DNA of 57,193 nt from the NCBI GenBank assembly GCA_017467895.1, contig JAFUKB010000010.1, positions 1-57,193 of the forward strand, given 5' to 3'. This stretch comes from Clostridia bacterium. Its GTDB lineage: Bacteria; Bacillota; Clostridia; Christensenellales; UBA1242. Each line of letters begins with the position of its first letter. Within the stretch, counting starts at the first letter, position 1. The position numbers were made by a program, and so were the translations under genes. The notes under the pieces are model-generated. The model saw nothing but the letters and a program-made list of their open reading frames with translations, did not search any database and was not told the origin of the DNA. Of the stretch, positions 19,462 through 26,467 are shown one piece after another.

Positions 19462-20115
19462 ATGTTTAAAAGATTTAGACAAATAAGAAAATTAAATAAC
19501 TCAAAACTTGTAGATGATGAGGTTTATGAAAAAGATGCTAATGGGCGAGGCATAATTGATGTTGGGGCTGAAAATTACGAAGACATTTTTTCGTATTATG
19601 ACCTTAACAATACAAATGTGTTAGATTGGGAATTTGAAGAGTTTTTAGATGCAAAAGCCGATGCAATTCCAATGTCGGAAGAACTTGCTCTTCATTTTCA
19701 TGTTAAAGATGCAACTGAACAAAAGTGCGAAGAAATTGACAAAGCGATTAAAGATAACTATAAACGCAAACTAAAAGCAATAAACAGGCAAATGCATAGA
19801 AACACAATGTTTTCAATTTATATGCTAATTTTGGCAGTTGTGGCTTTTGCAATTTATATTCCACTTGCAATGTCAAATGTTCACTTTGCTATTGTAGAGG
19901 TGTTTGATATTGTTGCTTGGGTGTTTGTTTGGGAAGCGGTTGATAATCATTTTTTAACAAGGCGCAATTTGCAAAAGGAAAGGTTAAAAAAATATCGCTT
20001 TATTAGAGCAGATATAGAGGTGTTGGAATATAAACGCAAATCTAACACGGTTAAATCAAAACAATACGGAATTAAAAAGGTTAAAGAAAACAATGCAAAT
20101 AGAACTCAAAAATGA
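19462..20115 (+). CDS. Hypothetical membrane protein (2 TM)
   Basis: Two hydrophobic helices ending IVAWVFVWEAVD; overlaps the next gene. Start could be 19456 or 19462. Confidence 0.7.
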   Translation: MFKRFRQIRKLNNSKLVDDEVYEKDANGRGIIDVGAENYEDIFSYYDLNNTNVLDWEFEEFLDAKADAIPMSEELALHFHVKDATEQKCEEIDKAIKDNYKRKLKAINRQMHRNTMFSIYMLILAVVAFAIYIPLAMSNVHFAIVEVFDIVAWVFVWEAVDNHFLTRRNLQKERLKKYRFIRADIEVLEYKRKSNTVKSKQYGIKKVKENNANRTQK

Positions 20116-20764
20116 TGAAAAAAAAGTTAAGACAATAATTGATTACTATATTTTAACGAACAAACTAAAAGATTTGGTTCGCACCGGCTGGAAACGCTGG
20201 GGTGTTAAGCGTGAAAGGGTGGAATCTGTTGCTGAACATATTTATGGCACTTGCATGCTTGCTGTTGCTATTTGGTCAGAAACCTTGCCAGAGGTTAACA
20301 TTAGCGAAGTTATTTTAATGCTTGCCCTTCATGAAACTGAAGAAAATATAATTAGCGACATAACCCCATACGACAGTGAAGAAAAACAAAAACTAAAGCA
20401 ATCGGGCGAAAAAGCGGTTAAAGCCATATTTAAAAATTTGGTGGCAAAAGATGTATATTTTAAACTTGTGCACGATTTTGATACGCTTGCAACCCCTGAG
20501 GCGATTTTTGCGCGCAAGTGTGATAAACTAGAAAGCGATTTGCAAGCAAGGCTGTATAGCGATGAGGGCGTTTTGCTTTATGAAAATGCTGATGAAATAA
20601 AAAATCATGAACAAATAGTTGAGTGGCACAATCAAGGAATAACCGATGTTGCTGACTATTTTGTGCTTGCAGATAGGCATAATTATGAAGATGGAGATAT
20701 ATTTTTTAAAATAAGCAAATATATTGAGGGCAAAAAAATAATAAAAAGTAAAAAGGGAAAATAA
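20093..20764 (+). CDS. HD-domain hydrolase (HD_3/5'-deoxynucleotidase-like)
   Basis: Motifs LKDLVRTGW, ESVAEH, LALHE, DITP and CDKLE. Confidence 0.88.
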   Translation: MQIELKNDEKKVKTIIDYYILTNKLKDLVRTGWKRWGVKRERVESVAEHIYGTCMLAVAIWSETLPEVNISEVILMLALHETEENIISDITPYDSEEKQKLKQSGEKAVKAIFKNLVAKDVYFKLVHDFDTLATPEAIFARKCDKLESDLQARLYSDEGVLLYENADEIKNHEQIVEWHNQGITDVADYFVLADRHNYEDGDIFFKISKYIEGKKIIKSKKGK

Positions 20765-21496
20765 ATGCAAAACATATTGTTTGGTGTGTCATATTTGGGG
20801 ACTAATTACGCAGGTTGGCAAAAACAAGACAATGCACTCTCTATTCAAGAGGTTATTGAAAATGCTTTTGAACAAATATGTAACAAAAAGGTAGAGATTT
20901 TTGCAAGTGGGCGCACTGATGCTGGTGTGCATGCATATGAGCAATGCTTTAATGCACAGGTTAACTTTCAACCAGTTTCAAAATTGCCACAAGCCTTAAA
21001 CTCAAAATTGCCACAAGATATAAGAATTTTGTGGGCAAAGCCGGTGGGAAACGATTTCCACGCAAGATTTTCGGCACATAAAAAAACATATATTTATAGG
21101 CTAAGCACTCAAGAAATAGAAAGCCCATTTGATTCTTTTCTTACAACATATGTTCCGCATAACTTAAATTTTAAAGCAATGCAACAGGCATGTGAGCATT
21201 TTTTGGGAGAACATAATTTTAAATCATTTTGCTCAGCACATACCACAGCAAAAGATTTTATTAGAACAATATATAGTTTAAATATTAACAAAACAGATAA
21301 TGTTTATGAGTTCGAAATATGCGGGAATGGCTTTTTGTATAACATGGTTAGAATAATTGTTGGAACACTTGTTGAGGTAGGCAGGGGCAAAATTAAACCC
21401 GAACAAATTGCAGACATTTTTGCAAAACAAGATAGAAAATTTGCAGGAAAAACTATGCCCGCAAAAGCACTCATATTAAAAAAAGTTGACTACTAA
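20765..21496 (+). CDS. truA: tRNA pseudouridine(38-40) synthase
   Basis: Motifs YLGTNYAGWQKQ, SGRTDAGVHA, FHARFSA and GFLYNMVRIIVG. Confidence 0.97.
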   Translation: MQNILFGVSYLGTNYAGWQKQDNALSIQEVIENAFEQICNKKVEIFASGRTDAGVHAYEQCFNAQVNFQPVSKLPQALNSKLPQDIRILWAKPVGNDFHARFSAHKKTYIYRLSTQEIESPFDSFLTTYVPHNLNFKAMQQACEHFLGEHNFKSFCSAHTTAKDFIRTIYSLNINKTDNVYEFEICGNGFLYNMVRIIVGTLVEVGRGKIKPEQIADIFAKQDRKFAGKTMPAKALILKKVDY

Positions 21497-21564
21497 TAGA
21501 TTATTTGTTGACTAAAACTTTTTTAATGTATTAAAATAAGTCTAAAAGGTAGGAGTAAAATCTC

Positions 21565-22203
21565 GTGAGAAAACTTAAATTAATTACAACTTGTGCTTCA
21601 CTTGTGCTGATGGTTGCCTTTATGGCTTTTGGCGTTTATGCATTGCAATCAGCAACCATGACGGTTAGTGGCACAGTTTCATATCAATGTACTAATGTTG
21701 CAGTTAAGGTTACTTATGGCCTTGTTGGTGGCACAACTTATGGTCCTTTTATTAGCCAAGAATCTGACCCAATTTCATGGAAAGATGAAAATGGCAATGC
21801 AGTTACATTCACAAACGGCGCTTTTGATGGCAAACTTCTTCCAGATGTTGCTTTTACGGAAGCAAACTTAACATGCACATATTTTATTACTGTTGAAAGT
21901 TTGCACGGCATGGCTATTGGCTTAAACTTTGGTTATAAATGGGCAAACACCGTTGGCAATGCAATCTCGGCGTCGGCAAAAGTTTATATTGGCGATGTTA
22001 ACAGCACGCAAGAAGCAACTGTTGAATTTAATCCAACAACTGGTATTGCAACGGCATATGAACTAGGTGCAAAAGCAACCCAAACATTAAAAGTCACTTT
22101 AACATTGGGTTCTACTAAATTAGATAATAAAGCGTCTGGCAATTTCCAGATGGCAATGGCGTCGGCTGTTCAGTTGACCGATGTGCCTGCAATATCTTTT
22201 TAG
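21565..22203 (+). CDS. Exported beta-rich protein; N-terminus resembles the cassette genes
   Basis: GTG start with AGGAG; AFGVYALQSATMTVSGTVSY resembles AIGVYSATTANLNASGKLGF. Confidence 0.7.
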   Translation: MRKLKLITTCASLVLMVAFMAFGVYALQSATMTVSGTVSYQCTNVAVKVTYGLVGGTTYGPFISQESDPISWKDENGNAVTFTNGAFDGKLLPDVAFTEANLTCTYFITVESLHGMAIGLNFGYKWANTVGNAISASAKVYIGDVNSTQEATVEFNPTTGIATAYELGAKATQTLKVTLTLGSTKLDNKASGNFQMAMASAVQLTDVPAISF

Positions 22204-22204
22204 T

Positions 22205-22894
22205 CTAGTCAAAATATTCTAAAACCCCAAGAAGTATGCTGTAGCATACTTCTTTTTTGTACTCTTCACTAATAAGCAATGCTTCTTCGTCAGCGTTGGA
22301 TAAATAACCGCATTCAACCAAAACCGATGGGCATTTTACAGCATTTAAAACATAGTAATCGCCAACAGAGGTTGCTTTTCGTGCTTGGTTTAAATATTTA
22401 ATAAAGTATTTTTGAATGTTGTCCGCAAGTGTTTTGCTGGGCTCGTCACTTTCGCCATAAAACACTTGTGCGCCTCGAGCATTGCCATTAAAACTGTTCA
22501 TGTGTAGTGAAATGACAAAATCAGTGTTGGCGTTTTCTATTAACTCTTTGCGCTTTTGCATATCGTCCTTTTTTTTGTTGGTTGCAAATGGGCTGTAAAG
22601 ACCACCACTTGTGGTGCGTGTCATTATAACATCAAAACCAAACTCTTGCATTAAATCGCGCAAGGTTAGAGCATAGTCCAAATTTAATTCCGACTCAATA
22701 ACCCCAGTAGAAATTCCAACGCTTCCGCCGTCAATGCCACCATGCCCAGCATCAATAACAACCGTGTATTGTGCCTTGGGTGAGATTGCAGTTGCAAGAG
22801 ATGGTATAAGTGGTACACATGCCAAGATTAAAAATAAAATAAGTCCGATTAAAATACTTTTTTTGTTAATTACAATGTAATTTATTTTTTTCAT
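22205..22894 (-). CDS. cwlD: N-acetylmuramoyl-L-alanine amidase (CwlD-like)
   Basis: N-terminal TM; motifs IDAGHGGIDGG, ESELNL, KKDDMQKR, SLHMNS and LVECGYLSN. Confidence 0.8.
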   Translation of the reverse strand: MKKINYIVINKKSILIGLILFLILACVPLIPSLATAISPKAQYTVVIDAGHGGIDGGSVGISTGVIESELNLDYALTLRDLMQEFGFDVIMTRTTSGGLYSPFATNKKKDDMQKRKELIENANTDFVISLHMNSFNGNARGAQVFYGESDEPSKTLADNIQKYFIKYLNQARKATSVGDYYVLNAVKCPSVLVECGYLSNADEEALLISEEYKKEVCYSILLGVLEYFD

Positions 22895-22977
22895 AAAATA
22901 TATATATGTTTTAAAGTAATTAATATGAAGATTTTATGATAACTTTTTCTTCCATTTAAAAGATACAAATTTAAAGT

Positions 22978-23013
22978 AAAAAGCCATATGTCCAATTCAA
23001 ACGGATATATGGC
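22978..23013. terminator. Intrinsic terminator
   Basis: Stem gccatatgtcc/ggatatatggc flanked by A/T runs. Confidence 0.6.
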
Positions 23014-23064
23014 AATTTTTTTAGAATACGATACAGTTATTATTCAGTGTTTTTATATGACTTT

Positions 23065-24387
23065 TTAACGGCTGTGCTGATTCATACGCGCCACTGCACG
23101 GCTTTTGCTTTCACTTAAAATGTGAGAAGGAATAGGTGCCTGATGAGATATGTTTTTTTCGTTGTAAGAAAGCGTGTGGTCTTTGCTTATTTCTGCCTTG
23201 CTAAGGAGCAAATATGGCAAAGAGTGGTCGCCACGCTGATAAGAGCAGGCGTCCCAACAAGGGTCGCAGTAGTAAATTCCGCCGGGTCTGTCAATTCTGC
23301 AAATTGAATGATAGCCTGTTTGTGGAAGAGTTATAAAGGTATATTCACTGTCAGTTGAGGCTTCGCTCATGTGGAGAGTGTCTTCTCCTGCAATGCAAGA
23401 TGTGTTTGAGGTGTGAATTCCTTTTAGTGCAAGCATATATTGCATGGCACGAGTGTACCCCTCGCACACACAACAGTTATACATAAATGCATTATAAGTG
23501 CCGTTTGCACCTCGCGCAGGCCCTAAAATAATTCCACCTTCAGATTTTTGCCCACGCAAGTTAGACTCAAGTGCATCATAGTTATATTTAACATTTTTTG
23601 CAAGCCAAGCATCAACCATGGCAACCGTGTCAAGTTCGGTTAGCCCCTTGCAATGCGTGGTAACCACTTCAAGTGCCTTTTTGTGAAGTTGTTGCATTTG
23701 CGCATTGGTAATTTTAATTGTGTTGTTTCCGCATGTTTCTGTCCAATGGCAAAAAAGGTCAATGTCTTTTAATTTGGCAAGAGCCTGCTCGTTTGTTGCG
23801 CCGGTTGCCGTTTTAAAACCAATAGCCTGAGGGAAAAGCAAAACATCTAAATTTGTTTCGTATAAGTTTGCATTTTCTGCAATAAATTGGTCAAAGTTTT
23901 TAATTGGCAACAAATTGTTTGAATCATAAAGTGTTAACGAGCCAATAGTTCTGTTTTGTGCAAGACCAATAACCTCGGTAAGTTCTTCGTTTCGGGTGAG
24001 TTCAAGGGTTTCAAGTTTGCTCATGCGAGAAATGTCCAAAGTTGTTATAAGCCTTTGATTGTTAATGGTTAAGTGTTTTAAGTTGGATAACTTTTCTATT
24101 TCAAAAATGTCGCTATCTTTTATGCTTTGCAAATCTCTTGATGCTTTGTAACTTGTGTTGCCGGTGGTTACAATAGAAAGTGAGGTTAAGTTTCTTAAAT
24201 AAGATAACCCCTTTAAAGAACCAGAATGATTTTTTAAACTTAAGTGAGTAACTAAATCAAGTTCTTCTTGCGAAAAAGCCGTGTCAACAAGCCCATATCT
24301 TGCGCGCTTTGGCACGCCCTTTTTTTCTAATGCTTGCCAAACTAATGTAGACAGTTCCCAAGAAAGTTTAATTTTTTCTTCTGCCAT
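23065..24387 (-). CDS. Leucine-rich-repeat plus transglutaminase-like domain protein
   Basis: LRRs (LRNLTSLSI, LSNLKHLTI, MSKLETLEL); NVKYNYD, VCEGYTRAMQYML, HSI and YYCDPCWD give a Cys-His-Asp triad. Promoter TTGACA-17-TAAAAT. Confidence 0.8.
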   Translation of the reverse strand: MAEEKIKLSWELSTLVWQALEKKGVPKRARYGLVDTAFSQEELDLVTHLSLKNHSGSLKGLSYLRNLTSLSIVTTGNTSYKASRDLQSIKDSDIFEIEKLSNLKHLTINNQRLITTLDISRMSKLETLELTRNEELTEVIGLAQNRTIGSLTLYDSNNLLPIKNFDQFIAENANLYETNLDVLLFPQAIGFKTATGATNEQALAKLKDIDLFCHWTETCGNNTIKITNAQMQQLHKKALEVVTTHCKGLTELDTVAMVDAWLAKNVKYNYDALESNLRGQKSEGGIILGPARGANGTYNAFMYNCCVCEGYTRAMQYMLALKGIHTSNTSCIAGEDTLHMSEASTDSEYTFITLPQTGYHSICRIDRPGGIYYCDPCWDACSYQRGDHSLPYLLLSKAEISKDHTLSYNEKNISHQAPIPSHILSESKSRAVARMNQHSR

Positions 24388-24519
24388 AACCCCTCCAAAT
24401 ATATATGTATTTTAATATAAAGACTCTGATTTGTCAATGTGCGATAATAAGAGTCAAAAGATTACCTTTGTTCAATAAAAAATGAAATCATGTCATAAAA
24501 AATTGACTCACGACGGCAA

Positions 24520-24858
24520 AAATAATAACGAGCAACGGCAAAGAACAACCCTCACGAGCAAAAAGCAAATTTTAATTATACATAACAATTTGCATACAAA
24601 ACCAATTATGCTCATAAAAAAAAGAAGCCAAAATGTGGTCAAGTAAAAAAGTTTTTGCAATTGTTAAAAATCGTTTGACAACTTCGCGGGGGGGGGTACA
24701 CTTAAGTAGAAAAGTGAAAAAAGGAGAAAAAACATGAAAAAGAAATTTGGATTGTGGTTTAACATAGTAACCATCTGCCTATGCGTATGCGCAATAGCCA
24801 TAGGTGTTTACTCGGCAACCACAGCAAACTTAAACGCCAGTGGTAAACTAGGCTTTAC
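24520..24858 (+). repeat. Shared upstream and 5' coding block of the paralogous cassettes, copy 2
   Basis: Aligns with ~16550-16887. Confidence 0.9.
24675..24702 (+). promoter_or_regulatory. SigA promoter with poly-G9 spacer tract (putative phase-variable)
   Basis: TTGACA (24675-80), acttcgc, G9 (24688-96), TACACT (24697-702); identical to 16705-16732. Confidence 0.85.
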
Positions 24859-25978
24859 TGCTCACAACTGTAAGGCTGACATAACTGGCACAATTTATGG
24901 CCATGCAACGGGTAATTCTGCAGATGGATTGCCAGTTGCCGAGGCAGACGCAGAAACATTTGGTACAGTGTCGCTAGATGGCGACACAAAAAGCCTATCG
25001 CTTGGAGCAACTCGATACTTTACTGATATGGCGTCAACCGATGGCAGTGTAGCCCCTATTGTAATAACACTGGCAATAACAAACACATCAAAGTTTGATA
25101 TTGTGGCGAGCGTAACAAGCGCAACAGCAACAAGCCCAGTTGCAATAGAATCTCCAACAGAAGATGTCAAGATAACTCAAAACTCAACCGAAAGCCTAAC
25201 ATTTACATTGACACTAACAAGCACAGCAAATGGAGTAACACCAAGTTCGGATAATGTAAACATATCATTGCATTTAGAAAAGTATGTTTCACCATTCTAT
25301 GTTGCAGATAACAAACTGTTTGTAAACATGGGCACAGACCCAGACACAGGCAACCCAATCAGATGGTATGCAATAGCAAAAGACAATGCTGGTACATTTG
25401 AGACATTAAAATCAACTCAAGTTACAAGTGTGGAAGCAGGCACCTATGTGTTTATCTCAGAATATATTCTTGATTACAGTGATAGTAGTCCATGCATTGA
25501 ATTTAATTCCACAGCAACTTCAAGTAACAACTATGGAGCAAATTATGAAGGTTCAATAATCCAATCATTTGTAAATGGTAATGATGCTAATTCATTATAT
25601 ACTAAGTATAAACTAGGTAATGCTAAATATGCTGATGTATATGGAAATATATTGCCATATCGTTGGGGTGAAGAAGAAATTTCGGATTATATAACGAGTA
25701 GTAAAGTTACATGTCCGGCCAGTGAGAGGCAAACATTATGGCTTTTAAGTAATGCTGAATACATTTTGTGTTTTGGTGATGGTGATACATCTGGTGTGGC
25801 TAAAATGCTTAGTACTAATTTAAACAATAATTGGTGGTTACGTTCTCCGAATAGTTATGAATCTATGGGAGGCTATTGTGATGTCTGGTATGTAAAAGAT
25901 ACCGGAGGACTTGGTTACGAGCCTGTGCCGGGAGGTCGTTTCGGCGTGCGTCCTGCCTTCCAAATAACAATATCATAA
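24734..25978 (+). CDS. Exported/surface protein with C-terminal DUF6273/CLec-like domain; paralog of 16763-18199
   Basis: Near-identical N-terminus; YEGSII...TLWLLSNAE...WWLRSP...GVRPAFQITIS. Confidence 0.8.
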   Translation: MKKKFGLWFNIVTICLCVCAIAIGVYSATTANLNASGKLGFTAHNCKADITGTIYGHATGNSADGLPVAEADAETFGTVSLDGDTKSLSLGATRYFTDMASTDGSVAPIVITLAITNTSKFDIVASVTSATATSPVAIESPTEDVKITQNSTESLTFTLTLTSTANGVTPSSDNVNISLHLEKYVSPFYVADNKLFVNMGTDPDTGNPIRWYAIAKDNAGTFETLKSTQVTSVEAGTYVFISEYILDYSDSSPCIEFNSTATSSNNYGANYEGSIIQSFVNGNDANSLYTKYKLGNAKYADVYGNILPYRWGEEEISDYITSSKVTCPASERQTLWLLSNAEYILCFGDGDTSGVAKMLSTNLNNNWWLRSPNSYESMGGYCDVWYVKDTGGLGYEPVPGGRFGVRPAFQITIS

Positions 25979-26007
25979 GCCTAATTTAATTTTTGATTAT
26001 TAGTGCA

Positions 26008-26040
26008 TAAAAAAGAAGAGCAACTTGCTCTTCTTTTTTA
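26008..26040. terminator. Bidirectional intrinsic terminator
   Basis: Perfect inverted repeat taaaaaagaagagca/tgctcttctttttta. Confidence 0.8.
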
Positions 26041-26080
26041 TACATACATCAAACGCCTATTTGAGCGTTTGATTATTGGC

Positions 26081-26357
26081 ACTGTTGCCACAAGTTTGAA
26101 CAAGCCGAAGCAGTTGTGCCCAAACACGCAAATACTCCACCAAAGCCACCTTATGGCACATAACTCTTAAACTTAGTGTTGCTACCGTCAGGTTCTCACA
26201 CGGTTCGTAAAAGACTTATTGCATAAGACCTTAATTTCAACATATTTGTGCATAAGTTCGCAAAAGACGGATTGCCCTCAGCATGCGTTATCGACCCCGC
26301 GTATAGTAGATTGCGGGTTACAAGGAACTACTAACTCCCCGCCACAAAGGCAACAGC
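26081..26357 (-). ncRNA. ffs: Large bacterial SRP RNA (scRNA with Alu domain)
   Basis: 5' GCGGGGAG...CCTTGTAACCCGCAATC...GCGGGGTCGA Alu domain; helix 8 GTGAGAACC-TGAC-GGTAGCAAC; 5'/3' ends pair (CTGTTGCC/GGCAACAG); promoter TTGCAC-17-TATAAT. Confidence 0.9.
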
Positions 26358-26467
26358 ATTAGTATTATATGTTACAAATCAAAAAAGTGCAACTGTTTTT
26401 TTGATTACCAGTTTGCACTTTTAAGAAATTTTTAATTATTTGTTGATTTGTTTAGCATGGTTATTTA

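Noticed and set aside
25832-25978. Cassette 2 3' end as template repeat for cassette 1
   Set aside because: Different length, coding, and differences not confined to adenines.
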